Assembly (NCBI GenBank): GCA_965203515.1
Contig: OZ241907.1
Location: forward strand, 1,632,001-1,696,000
Source: Spirochaetia bacterium
Lineage (GTDB): Bacteria > Spirochaetota > Spirochaetia > SZUA-6 > Bin103
Direction of reading: 5' to 3'
DNA: 64,000 nucleotides
Below are positions 45,380 to 55,252 of this stretch, piece after piece. The translations under genes and the position numbers were made by a program. Each line of letters opens with the position of its first letter. Position 1 is the stretch's first letter. The notes under the pieces were generated by a model that saw nothing but the letters and a program-made list of their open reading frames with translations, searched no databases and was not told where the DNA came from.

Positions 45380-46831
45380 ATGCGCGGCAGAGACCTGACC
45401 ATCGGCAACATCCGCACCCACACCTGGGCGCTGGCGTGGCCGGTCATGCTGTCGATCTTCTTTCAGACCCTGTACCAGGCGGTCGACGCCTTCTGGGTGA
45501 GCCGGCTCGCCGGCGAGGCGCTGGCCGCCGTGAACATGTCGCAGCTCGCCCTGTTCACGTCGGTGTCGCTGACGATCGGCATCACGGTCGGCTCGGGCGT
45601 CCTCATGGCCATGAGCATCGGCGCCCGCGCCATCGACGAAGCGGAGCGCATCCTGGGCCAGTCGTTCGTGCTCAACTTCATCGCCGCGGTGATCCTCACC
45701 ACGCTGGTCCTGGCGCTGCGCGCGCCGATCCTGCGCGCCGTGGGCGCCACCGACGGGATCTTTCCGCTTGCGAAGGACTACCTGACCATCACCGCATCGG
45801 CGATGGTGCTGATGTTCCTGTTCTTCGCCGCGGTGTTCGGGTTCAATTCGCAGGGCGACAACATCACCGTCACCATGCTGTTCGCGATCTCCACGGCGCT
45901 CAACATCGTGCTGGACCCGCTGCTGATCTTCGGATGGCTGGGCTTTCCGCGGCTCGGCGTACGCGGCGCGGCGATCGCGACCGTCATCTCGCAGGTCGTG
46001 CTGCTGGCGTCCGGCGTCACCCTGCTGGCCACGCGCGACATGATGGTGCGGTTCCGGTTCCGCCAGCTCGTGATCCGCTGGGACTCGACCGTCCGCGTCC
46101 TGGAGATCGGCTTCCCGGCGTCGCTCACCAGCATCATGGGCCCGCTGCTGATGGCCACGCTGACCGCCGTGGTGGCCCGATCCTTCGGCGACCACGGGGC
46201 GATCGCGGTATCGGTCGGCTTCCGCGCGGATGTCTTTTCGATGCTGCCGGCGATCGGCTTCGGCGTGGCGGGACTGGCGCTGATCGGTCAGAACATGGGG
46301 GCCGGGAATGAGGAGCGGGCGCACCGGTCGTATCGCACCGCGCTGTTCTTCGCGCTGTCGTTCGGCACCGCGCTCGGCCTCTTGGCGGTCACCTTTGCAG
46401 GCCCGATCGCGCGCACGTTCACCGACGATCCGGTAGTGATCGGCTACGCGCAGCGCTACCTGAGAACGATCCCGTTGTCCTACGGCGTGATGGGCGCCGG
46501 CATGGTGGTGATCATGAGCTTTCAGGGGCTGCGCCGTTCGTGGCGCGGGGCGGCGATCTCGGCGCTGCGCCTGGCGGTCCTTTCGGGGGCCGCGATCGTG
46601 CTGGCCGACGTGCTCGACGCACCGGTCGGCACCGTCTGGCTGTCGGTGATTCTGGCGAACGTGGTGTCGACCGCGGTAGGCTACCTTGTCCTGGAGCGAC
46701 AGTTCGCCCGCCCCGTGCAGCCGCCGCAACCACACGGACCGCCGCAACCGCCGGGCAGCGATCGGCACCCCGCCGGCGCGGCCGGCAGGTCGCCGGAGAC
46801 GGCCGCCCGGACCCCGGAGGGAACGCGATGA
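45380..46831 (+). CDS. MATE family efflux transporter
   Basis: DLT.G, LAWP, NIVLDPLLIFG..G.P.LGV.GAA.AT, GQNMGAG. Confidence 0.93.
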   Translation: MRGRDLTIGNIRTHTWALAWPVMLSIFFQTLYQAVDAFWVSRLAGEALAAVNMSQLALFTSVSLTIGITVGSGVLMAMSIGARAIDEAERILGQSFVLNFIAAVILTTLVLALRAPILRAVGATDGIFPLAKDYLTITASAMVLMFLFFAAVFGFNSQGDNITVTMLFAISTALNIVLDPLLIFGWLGFPRLGVRGAAIATVISQVVLLASGVTLLATRDMMVRFRFRQLVIRWDSTVRVLEIGFPASLTSIMGPLLMATLTAVVARSFGDHGAIAVSVGFRADVFSMLPAIGFGVAGLALIGQNMGAGNEERAHRSYRTALFFALSFGTALGLLAVTFAGPIARTFTDDPVVIGYAQRYLRTIPLSYGVMGAGMVVIMSFQGLRRSWRGAAISALRLAVLSGAAIVLADVLDAPVGTVWLSVILANVVSTAVGYLVLERQFARPVQPPQPHGPPQPPGSDRHPAGAAGRSPETAARTPEGTR

Positions 46832-48036
46832 ACGATCGATACACCGTGCGCGCCGAGCGCTGCGACCACCGCGCGTCGCCGGAGCAGATCTACCGGACGC
46901 TGGAACGGATCACGGAGCCGCTGACCCGCTCATGGGAGCGGTTGGAGCGCGCGCGCCGCATCGTCATCAAGTTCAACATGATGCAGCCCCACACCGCCCG
47001 GCACGCCGGCCGGCGCCAGGAGCTGGTCGACGAGGAGGTGATGCGCGCCGTGCTGCGGCTGTTGCGCGCCCGCACCGGAGCGACCCTGATCGCCGCCGAC
47101 ACCTTCCTGCACGCGGCGGCCCGCACGATGCCGTCCAACGTCGAATCGGCCGCCGTGCTGCGCGAGTTCGGCGTCGAGCTGATCGACGCCGGGGCGCCTC
47201 CGTTGCGCCGGTATGACGTGCCCGGCGGCGGCAACATGTTCGATCGATACCTGCTCACCTCCTGCATCGGCGAATCGGACGAGTTCGTCTCGGTCGCCAA
47301 GATGAAGAACCACCTGTTCATGGGCGTCACGCTCTGCATGAAGAACCTGTTCGGGCTGCCGCCGCCGAATCGCCCGGAGGGGCGCGTCCGCCACTACTTC
47401 CACCACGCCATCCGGCTGTCGTACGTGCTGCCCGACCTGGCCATGATCGCCGACCCGTGCCTGAACGTGATCGACGGGCTGGTCGGCCAGCAGGGCAGCG
47501 AATGGCGCGGCCGGCCGGTCGTGCCGAACGCGCTGATCGCCGGCGACCAGACCACGGCCACCGACGCGTGCGCGGCCTACCTGATGGGCCACGACCCGGC
47601 CGGAGACTGGCCGGCGCCGCCGTTCCGCCGCGACCGCAACCACCTGCTGGTAGCCGCCGAGCGCGGCTACGGCACCGTCGACCTCGACCGGATCGACTTC
47701 CGCACCGATCTGCAGCCGCCGCTGGCGCAGTTCGACTCCGATCAGCAGGACCCGCCACCGGTCGTGGCCAGCATCCGCCGCACCGCGTGCGAGCAGGCGC
47801 TGTTCTATCGCGACGAACGCGAACGGCTGATCGAGCGCTATGCGGGCGAGATGGTGGTGCTGCGCGACCGCCAGGTGGTGTGGCACGGCGCCGAACAACC
47901 GTCGTTTCAGAGCCACGGCCACTTCGCGGGCGGCACCGATCCGGGCAGCGCCTCGTTCCTGAAGATGGTCGATCCCGAGGAACGGGAGGGCGAGGCGTTC
48001 GCCGTGTACGAGCGGCTGCTGCCTGGGCTGGCGTAG
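46828..48036 (+). CDS. DUF362 domain protein with C-terminal extension
   Basis: IVIKFN, SVAKMKNH...VTLCMKNLFG, VIDGLVG. Confidence 0.85.
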   Translation: MNDRYTVRAERCDHRASPEQIYRTLERITEPLTRSWERLERARRIVIKFNMMQPHTARHAGRRQELVDEEVMRAVLRLLRARTGATLIAADTFLHAAARTMPSNVESAAVLREFGVELIDAGAPPLRRYDVPGGGNMFDRYLLTSCIGESDEFVSVAKMKNHLFMGVTLCMKNLFGLPPPNRPEGRVRHYFHHAIRLSYVLPDLAMIADPCLNVIDGLVGQQGSEWRGRPVVPNALIAGDQTTATDACAAYLMGHDPAGDWPAPPFRRDRNHLLVAAERGYGTVDLDRIDFRTDLQPPLAQFDSDQQDPPPVVASIRRTACEQALFYRDERERLIERYAGEMVVLRDRQVVWHGAEQPSFQSHGHFAGGTDPGSASFLKMVDPEEREGEAFAVYERLLPGLA

Positions 48037-48074
48037 CGCCGGCTGCGCCAGGCGAGCGTTCCGCATCGGCCGGA

Positions 48075-48905
48075 TCAGGCCTTCAGCGCACCCGCCGTAA
48101 GACCCGATACGAAGCGGCGCTGCATGAACAGATAGAACACCACTACCGGAAATACCGCCATGAACACGATGGCGAATACATCTTCCCACTTCTGCACGTA
48201 CTGGCCGATGGCGCGGTATACGCCGATCGTGATCGTGTAGTATTTCGACGTTCCCAGAATGATCAGCGGATTGACGAAGTCGTTCCAGGTCCACAGCGAG
48301 ACGAAGATGACGACGCTGGCGACCGCCGGGCCGACCAGCGGGTAGATGATGCGCGCGAAGATGAGGAGGTCACCGGCGCCGTCGAGGCGCGCCGACTCGT
48401 CGAGCTGGGAGGGGATGGTGCGCACGTAGCCGACGAACACGAACGCGGCGAACGGCAGGTACCACGCCAGGTTGGCAACGAGCAGCCCTTGGACCGTGAA
48501 CATCAGGTGCAGCCGGCGCAAGACCTGAATGAGCGGCAGCAGAATCACCTGCGCCGGCACCATGAGGCCCGCCAGCAGGAGCAGATATGCGTAGTTGAAC
48601 ACGCGGTGGCGCTTGCGGCTGATCACGTATGACATCGACGCGCCGAGCACGACCACGATCGTTACGGTGAGACTGCTGAGGACCAGGGACGTCCCGTAGG
48701 CGATCCCGACGTTGAAGTGCGGGGAATCGAGATTGCGAACGATGTTCTCCAACGTGAGGCGGGCGACCGGAATCCCCAGAGGATTGGCAAAGATGTCCGC
48801 GCGGGTCTTGAACGCATTCACGATCGCCAGGTAGAACGGCACCAGGAACAACCCGCCCATCAGCAGCAGGAACCCGGCGCGGCCGGGCAGTCCGCGTGAC
48901 TTCAT
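48075..48905 (-). CDS. Carbohydrate ABC transporter permease (MalG-like)
   Basis: LDESARLDGA EAA loop, WNDF, QRRFVSGLTAGALK. Confidence 0.93.
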   Translation of the reverse strand: MKSRGLPGRAGFLLLMGGLFLVPFYLAIVNAFKTRADIFANPLGIPVARLTLENIVRNLDSPHFNVGIAYGTSLVLSSLTVTIVVVLGASMSYVISRKRHRVFNYAYLLLLAGLMVPAQVILLPLIQVLRRLHLMFTVQGLLVANLAWYLPFAAFVFVGYVRTIPSQLDESARLDGAGDLLIFARIIYPLVGPAVASVVIFVSLWTWNDFVNPLIILGTSKYYTITIGVYRAIGQYVQKWEDVFAIVFMAVFPVVVFYLFMQRRFVSGLTAGALKA

Positions 48906-49166
48906 ACCGCCAGCCGCTGTAGCGCGACAATCAGGATGAGAACCGAGCGACAATCAAGATGAGAAAAACCGGTGTCGCAACGGCCGGGACGTTGCCACAA
49001 GGGGACGTGGGTTGGCAAGCACGGGAAGCGGCGGCGGGAGGCGCCCCGTCGAGGTCCCAGAGCAACGGTCAGATCGGCGCTGGTCGGGAGGCGTGATGGC
49101 GTTCGCAAACGGCTTGGCGCGTGGTGGGCGGCGGACCGGATCAGGCGTGAGGCAGTACCCGGGGTG

Positions 49167-49455
49167 TCAGTCGCGGCCGTAGCCGAGCGGCGGCTCGATG
49201 CTCTCCAGGTCAGCAAGATCAAGGTCGCAGATCGCCTCCAGCTTGACGGCGACCGCAGACTCCCGGAGCGGGTCGGGCAAGTGGTCGAGCCACGCCTGGT
49301 ACTCGTCCTGAAGGTCGCGCAGGGTGCGCACCGCATCCTGCCAGCGTTGCGGGCGCGAGCGGCGGTCGTGCGGCCTGCGGAACTGCACCCGGCGGGGCAG
49401 CGGCGTTGCGGCGCGCGCGGTAGCGGCGTTGTCGTGCCGCGTTGCTCAACGCCAT
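49167..49455 (-). pseudogene. Third (passenger) ORF of the IS21, frameshifted near 49395
   Basis: MALSNAARQRRYRARR-[fs]-RRSRPQRWQDAV..L..LQ.EY..WLD.LP...PPLGYGRD. Confidence 0.65.
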
Positions 49456-49470
49456 AGCTAGTGCGCACCG

Positions 49471-50346
49471 TTACGTAACGGGCGGCTGACCGGCCGATCC
49501 TGGATCCTGGGAGCCCTGAGCGGCCGCCGGAGTGTCACTGGCGGCGGCCGGGTCGGTACCGGCGGCCGGCTGGGCAGCCGCGCGGCGCTGCACGGCGGTG
49601 CGGCGGCGGTAGCTTTCGACGTTGAGTTCGAAGATGGTCGCGTGATGCACCAGCCGGTCGACGGCCGCCAGGGTCATGGTGGGGTCGGGGAAGATCGTGT
49701 CCCACTGGCCGAACGGCTGATTGGCGGTGAGCAGCAGCGAGCGCTGCTCGTAGCGGGCGATGATCAACTCGAACAGCACGCTGGTCTCGGCCTGATCCTT
49801 GGTGACGTAGGCGAAGTCATCGAGGATCAGCAGGTGGTACTTGTCGAGCTTGGCGATGGCTGCCTCCAGGGTCAGGTCGCGGCACGCGCGCTGCAGCCGT
49901 TGGGTGAGGTCGGTGGTGCGGGTGAACAGCACCCGGAAGCCGTGCTCGATGAGCGCCAAGCCGATGGCGGCTGCCAGATGGCTCTTGCCGGTGCCGGGCG
50001 GTCCGATGAGCAGCAGGTTGGCGCCTTCGTCGAGCCAGCGGTCGCCGGCGCAGAGTGCGGTCACGTGCGCCTTGGACAGCAGCGGCACGACGGCGAAGTC
50101 GAACGAGTCGAGGGTCTTGCCGGCCGGCAGCCGCGCCTCGCGGAGCTGGCGCTGGAAGCGGCGGCGGGAGCGTTCGGCCAGTTCGTGCTCGGTCAGGGCG
50201 GCCAGCAGGCGCGCGCCGGGCCAGCCTTCGCGGTCGGCCTGGGCGGTGAACTGCGGCCACAGCGACTTGATGGTGGGCAGGCGCAACTCGCTGAGCATGA
50301 GGTTGAGCGCGGCGTCGTCGATCGGCTGGTCGTTGCGCCGGTTCAT
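49471..50346 (-). CDS. istB: IS21 helper ATPase IstB
   Basis: GPPGTGKSH, LLILDDF, AAVDRLVHHA, ESYRR. Confidence 0.95.
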   Translation of the reverse strand: MNRRNDQPIDDAALNLMLSELRLPTIKSLWPQFTAQADREGWPGARLLAALTEHELAERSRRRFQRQLREARLPAGKTLDSFDFAVVPLLSKAHVTALCAGDRWLDEGANLLLIGPPGTGKSHLAAAIGLALIEHGFRVLFTRTTDLTQRLQRACRDLTLEAAIAKLDKYHLLILDDFAYVTKDQAETSVLFELIIARYEQRSLLLTANQPFGQWDTIFPDPTMTLAAVDRLVHHATIFELNVESYRRRTAVQRRAAAQPAAGTDPAAASDTPAAAQGSQDPGSAGQPPVT

Positions 50347-51872
50347 GCCGCACCCGCCTGGGAGACGCCGGCGTGGTCGGGATGATCGAGCAGCAGGTCG
50401 TAGTCGGCCAGCGAGCCGGCGTGCACGCTGACCTGCGGCAGGTCCTGCGGATCGGGCAGGAAGCGCTCCCGCAGGGTCTCCGGGTCGGGCAGCTGACCGG
50501 CGGCCAGCAGGCGCTCCAGGTGCTCGCCCAGGGCGGCCTCGCAGCCCTGATCGTGAGCCAGCGCCAGCAGCCCGACCATGCGCCGGCAGGCCTCAGACTC
50601 GTCGAGCGCCGTCAGCAGCGCCCGGAAGGCGCGCCGGTAGGCATCGCGGGGGAACAACTGCTCACGGTAGGTCAGATGGCGCAACGCCATCGGCTTGCGG
50701 CGCAGCGCGTGGATGAGGTGATGGTAGTTGACCACGTGCCCGCGGCGCCCGTCGCCCGACGGCTTGCCCCGCGGCAGGCTCAGCAGTTCGCTGGCGCCGA
50801 GGAAGACCTGCAGCCGATCCGGGAACAGATGGACGCGCAGGTGGTGGCCGATCAGCCGCGACGGCACCGAGTAGAAGACCTTGCGCAGCGTGAACCCGCT
50901 GTGGGAGGTGACCCGCACCCGTTCGATCTCGAAGTCCTGCACGCGGCGTTCGGGCAGCGGCTGCAAGGCCGCGCGTTCGGCGTCGATGCGCTCCCGGTGG
51001 CGGGCGTTGTGGCGCCCGACCAGTTCGGCGATCAACCGGCGGTAGGCGTCCAGGTCATCGAACGAGCACGAGCCGCGGAGCAGCAGGGCCTGATGGAGGG
51101 CGCGCTTGAAGTGGCCGTGGGCGCTCTCGACGCTGCCGTTCTCATGGGCGGCGCCGCGATTGTTGCGGGTCGGGCGCATGCGGTAGTGCTCGCACAGCGC
51201 CCGGTAGCGCTCGGTGAGATCGTCGTGGGCGCTGCGGTCGAGGTTGCGGAACGCCGCCGACAGGCTGTCGGTGCGGTGTTCCTGGGGCGCGCCGCCGAGC
51301 GTCCACAGCGCCTGCTGGAGGCCGGCGCTGAGGGCGCTGAAGGATTCGCCGCCGATCACCACGTCGGCGTGCTCGAAGCCGGAGTAGGGCAGCCGGAAGT
51401 GGTACAGCAGGTGCGCCAGCGGCGCGCCGGCCACGACGACGCTGAGGTTGGTGGCGGCGGTGAAGTCTGACAGGCCGAGCAGACCGGGCGGCTGACGCTG
51501 CGCGAAGATCACCTCCTGGTCGGGACCGTGCAGGGCGCGCCAGCGGCGCACCCGGCGTTCCAGGGTGCGGCGCACGCTCGGCGGCAGTTCGGGGTGGCGG
51601 CGCAGCAGTTCCTCGAAGATGGTCACCGGGCGCAGGTCGGGCGTCTGCTGCAGCAGGGGGATGACTTCTTCTTCGAAGATGCCGGCCAGCGGGTCGGGCC
51701 GCCGGCGAGTGCGGACGGTCGGTTTCTGGGACGGCAGCTGCGGATCGGATTCGATGCGATAGGCGGTGGCGGTGCTGATCCCCGCCTTGGCGGCGGCCAC
51801 CGACGGCTGGTCCTTGGTGCGCAGGTTCATGTAGTGCCTCACGTGGTGATCGGTCAGATGTCGGCCCGGCAT
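50343..51872 (-). CDS. istA: IS21 transposase IstA
   Basis: SDFT, HRTDSLSAAF, HENGSVES, FYSVPSRLIG. Confidence 0.95.
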   Translation of the reverse strand: MPGRHLTDHHVRHYMNLRTKDQPSVAAAKAGISTATAYRIESDPQLPSQKPTVRTRRRPDPLAGIFEEEVIPLLQQTPDLRPVTIFEELLRRHPELPPSVRRTLERRVRRWRALHGPDQEVIFAQRQPPGLLGLSDFTAATNLSVVVAGAPLAHLLYHFRLPYSGFEHADVVIGGESFSALSAGLQQALWTLGGAPQEHRTDSLSAAFRNLDRSAHDDLTERYRALCEHYRMRPTRNNRGAAHENGSVESAHGHFKRALHQALLLRGSCSFDDLDAYRRLIAELVGRHNARHRERIDAERAALQPLPERRVQDFEIERVRVTSHSGFTLRKVFYSVPSRLIGHHLRVHLFPDRLQVFLGASELLSLPRGKPSGDGRRGHVVNYHHLIHALRRKPMALRHLTYREQLFPRDAYRRAFRALLTALDESEACRRMVGLLALAHDQGCEAALGEHLERLLAAGQLPDPETLRERFLPDPQDLPQVSVHAGSLADYDLLLDHPDHAGVSQAGAA

Positions 51873-52083
51873 GGGTGCTCCTTGGGGTGATAGTCCCAAG
51901 CACCCTATCCAACGCCGGGCCGGCCACGATCACCGGGCCGCGAAGCCCCCACGGGGGCGCCGCCGCGCGCCGGTGACTACGGTCAGGCTACGCCCTGCCG
52001 CCGCCATCGGCGGCCCCTCCATCCTCCTCTGTCGGAGGCAGCCACCCTACCCGCGCATTCTCATCTTGATTGTCGCTGCATTC

Positions 52084-53031
52084 TCATCTTGATTGTCGCT
52101 GGACAAGCCGCTCTTCGCGCCGCCGCAGCAGCAGCACCAGGGAGACCGACAGCACGCCGACGATGAACAGCATGTACATGGCGAGGCTCGACCCGTAGGA
52201 CATGCGGTTCTGCTGGAACCCGACGCGGATGATCTGCAACGCGATCGTCTCGGTGGCTCCGGCGGGTCCGCCGCTGGTAAGCACCACCACCATGTCGTAG
52301 ATGCGCATGTAGCCGGTAAAGAGAAACACCACGTTGGCGGTGAGCGCCGGCGCCAGCCAGGGGAAGGTCACCGCAGCAAACCGTTGCCACGCGGACGCCC
52401 CATCGATGGTGGCGGCGTCGTAGAGGTCACGCGGCACGGCTTGCAGGCCGGCGAGGTAGATCACCGTCACGAATCCCGTGTCGTGCCACACGTTGATCAG
52501 CAGCACGGCCCAGGGCGCAAGCCTCGGATCGCCCAGCCAGTCGATCGGCTCCATGCCCAACGCGGCGAACGCGCCGCTCAGGATGCCGTTGTAGCTGAGC
52601 AGCGCCTTCCAGATGAAGCCGATCGCCACGGCGCTGATCAGAAGCGGGAAGAAGAACACGGACCGGTAGAGATTGGCCATGCCTCCCGGCCGGCTCACCA
52701 GCACCGCAAGCAGCAGGCCGAGCGCGTTACCGGCGGCCGCGCCGGGGATCGTGAAGAAGAAGGTGATGCGCACGGCGTTGAGGAAGTGCCGGTCCTGCGC
52801 CGCGCGCACGAAGTTTCTCAATCCCACGAAATTCATGTTCGAGCGAATCCCGTCCCAGTCGAAGAACGAAAAGTACAGACTGAGCAGGATCGGCAGGAGC
52901 ATGAACGCGGCGTAGACGATGAACCCCGGCAGGAACAACACCGCCGTGCCGATGGCGTCGCCGCCGAGCACGGCCGGCCGCCGGCGCACGCGGCGGCTCG
53001 GCAATCGCCGCCGGGCGCCGGCGCTGCGCAA
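52084..53031 (-). CDS. Carbohydrate ABC transporter permease (MalF-like); last codons replaced by the IS end
   Basis: FVGLRNF, YLAGLQAVP..LYDAA.IDGA, GGPAGATET; start approximate (TTG). Confidence 0.9.
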   Translation of the reverse strand: MRSAGARRRLPSRRVRRRPAVLGGDAIGTAVLFLPGFIVYAAFMLLPILLSLYFSFFDWDGIRSNMNFVGLRNFVRAAQDRHFLNAVRITFFFTIPGAAAGNALGLLLAVLVSRPGGMANLYRSVFFFPLLISAVAIGFIWKALLSYNGILSGAFAALGMEPIDWLGDPRLAPWAVLLINVWHDTGFVTVIYLAGLQAVPRDLYDAATIDGASAWQRFAAVTFPWLAPALTANVVFLFTGYMRIYDMVVVLTSGGPAGATETIALQIIRVGFQQNRMSYGSSLAMYMLFIVGVLSVSLVLLLRRREERLVQRQSR

Positions 53032-53036
53032 AGGGA

Positions 53037-54317
53037 CTACTCGCGCTCGGCGTCGTTCCAGAAATCGTCGAATTCCCGGAGCGAACGCCGTACGTCGGTA
53101 ACGCTGCCGGCCAGAAACGACTGCCCGACGCGATCGTACACGGCCATGATACCCGCGGGCGGAGATTCGCCGACGATCAGGTTGTACAGTCCGGACGTCG
53201 TAGGCGGCACGGCCAGCATGTCCATCATCTCCTGCTGGAGCGGCGTCATGGGATAGGTCAGGGGCGGGTCCAGAGCGGAGAACAAGCCGTCGACCTGCAG
53301 CAGCCTGGCTCCGTACACGTCGTCCATGTACGCGAACTTCATCAGCTCGAACGCCAGTTCGGGATGCTCCGAATCCACGTGGATGCCGCCGCTTCCGTAG
53401 CTCAGGCTCTGCAGCAGGTGCGGGACTCCATCGGACGACGGCGCGAAGAAGACGCCCACCTCGAAGTCCTTGTCGGCGTTGCCTTCGGCGGCCGTGAACC
53501 AGCTGCCCATCGGGTAGATCGCCGCCTTGCCCGCCAGGAACTGCTGTTCCAGGTCGGCGTAGCCGACGCTGAGCGCGCCCTTGTTGAAGCACTCGCTATC
53601 GACGAGCTGCTTGAAGTACCCGGCGGCTTCCGCGAAGCTCTCCTCGAAGGACACCGCGCCGTCCCACCGGTCCGCGTACCATCGCGGGTTGTGATGAAAT
53701 ACCTCGGCGGACGTGAAGATCGCGAATGCGTAGCCGGCCACCCATTCTCCGCCGGTGATGATGGGCGTGATGCCCGCCGCGCGCAGCTTGCCGCACGCAT
53801 CTGCGAACTCGTCCCAGGTACGGGGCGTATCGTCGAGACCGGCCTGCGCCCACAAGGACTTGTTGTAGAACAGCAAGCCCTGCGGCTGTATCGCGGTAGG
53901 AAGGCCATACAGCGTTCCCTTGTAGCGGGCCGCTTCCAGGTTGCGGATCCGCTCCAGATCCGGATCGTCCTCCGGCAACGGCCACAGGATGCCGGCGTCG
54001 GCGAACACGTTGATGGTGACGTTGGACATCAGGTCAGGCACGTCGCCGGCGGCGATTCGGGTCTTTATGAAGTCGTCCGCGGACGGAGTGACCGCCGCGT
54101 TGGCCTCGATCAGCTCGACCGTCACGCCCGAGTGCTCGGCCACGAACGCGTCGGCGACCTCCTGCCAGAACTCCAGGCTGAGGTTGGGCGTTACCCAAAC
54201 CTGCCAAGTGATCTCCTTGGCAGCCGCGGCTGCCTCGTCCTGCCCGGCGGCGAAGCCGCTGGCCGCGCCGTACAGGAATACGCACGACAGAACCGCAAGT
54301 CGTTTCTTGGTAGACAT
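53037..54317 (-). CDS. Carbohydrate ABC substrate-binding protein
   Basis: GGAGG RBS, signal peptide, GDVPDL, FYNK.L, P.TWDEF, F..GKAA. Confidence 0.9.
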   Translation of the reverse strand: MSTKKRLAVLSCVFLYGAASGFAAGQDEAAAAAKEITWQVWVTPNLSLEFWQEVADAFVAEHSGVTVELIEANAAVTPSADDFIKTRIAAGDVPDLMSNVTINVFADAGILWPLPEDDPDLERIRNLEAARYKGTLYGLPTAIQPQGLLFYNKSLWAQAGLDDTPRTWDEFADACGKLRAAGITPIITGGEWVAGYAFAIFTSAEVFHHNPRWYADRWDGAVSFEESFAEAAGYFKQLVDSECFNKGALSVGYADLEQQFLAGKAAIYPMGSWFTAAEGNADKDFEVGVFFAPSSDGVPHLLQSLSYGSGGIHVDSEHPELAFELMKFAYMDDVYGARLLQVDGLFSALDPPLTYPMTPLQQEMMDMLAVPPTTSGLYNLIVGESPPAGIMAVYDRVGQSFLAGSVTDVRRSLREFDDFWNDAERE

Positions 54318-54421
54318 CTGTTCCTCCTGTTCAAGAAGCTGCGATCGATCCATGCTGCGCCATTTTGGCCGGTACCGTCAACCTCCGGTCGAGACGATGG
54401 CGACACGGTCGGCCGCCCGGC

Positions 54422-55252
54422 CTACTGCTTGACCGCGCCACCGGTGAGCCCGGTAACCAACTGCTTCTCGATCAGGTAGAACAGCGCCAGCACGGGAATG
54501 ATCGCCAAAAACGCGGCGGTCGTGAGCATCTCCCACTGCGTCGACCAGCGGCCCACGAAGTTGAACAGCGCGATCGTCAGCGGCATCTTTCCCTTCGACT
54601 GCATGAAAGAGAGCCCGAAGAGAAACTCGTTCCACCCATAGATGAAGGTATAGATCATCGCCGTGACCACGCCCGGCGCGGCGATCGGCAGCATGACCCG
54701 TACCATCGTGCGCAGACGGCTGCAGCCGTCGATCAGCGCTGCCTCTTCGATTTCCAGCGGGATCGAACGGAAGTAGCCGCTCATCATCCAGGTGGTAAAC
54801 GCGATCGTGAACACGGCGACGGCCAGGATCATCGACAAGTACGTATCCAGAAGCCCGGCGCCGGCCATGATCTTGAACAGCGAGATCACGACGATGACCG
54901 GTGAGAACATCTGTACGACCAGGAACAGGTACAGGATCACGCCGCGCCCCGCGAACCGCAGCCGTGACACCGCGTAGGCGGCCGGCACCGTCAGACAGGC
55001 GTTCAGCAGCGTCGCCCCCACGGCGATGATCGAGCTGCTCTTGAAGTACACCAGCAGATCGTACTGAGTCCACACGTCGACGAAGTTCGTGAACACGACG
55101 CGCTGGGGGAGCCAGCGCGGCGGCTTCACGAAGATCTCCGTACTCGACTTGAGCATGGTCGAGATCATCACCAGAAACGGAAACAACAGGACTGCAAGGA
55201 GCGCGGCGGCCAGAACGATGGTGACCGCCTGCGCGGCGGCGCGCCGCCTCAT
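54422..55252 (-). CDS. Carbohydrate ABC transporter permease
   Basis: IEEAALIDGC, WNEF, GLTGGAVK. Confidence 0.93.
   Translation of the reverse strand: MRRRAAAQAVTIVLAAALLAVLLFPFLVMISTMLKSSTEIFVKPPRWLPQRVVFTNFVDVWTQYDLLVYFKSSSIIAVGATLLNACLTVPAAYAVSRLRFAGRGVILYLFLVVQMFSPVIVVISLFKIMAGAGLLDTYLSMILAVAVFTIAFTTWMMSGYFRSIPLEIEEAALIDGCSRLRTMVRVMLPIAAPGVVTAMIYTFIYGWNEFLFGLSFMQSKGKMPLTIALFNFVGRWSTQWEMLTTAAFLAIIPVLALFYLIEKQLVTGLTGGAVKQ

Larger units (their letters stand above)
48918..52105 (-). mobile_element. Complete IS21-family element (3188 bp) with 6-bp target duplication AGCCGC
   Basis: TGT...ACA ends, each with two copies of GCGACAATCARGATGAGAA; AGCCGC at 48912-48917 and 52106-52111; istA and istB inside. 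Confidence 0.95.

Noticed and set aside
17082..49455. All frameshifts being sequencing errors
   Set aside because: They cluster in accessory genes, mostly outside homopolymers, while housekeeping genes are intact; individual cases still need read checks
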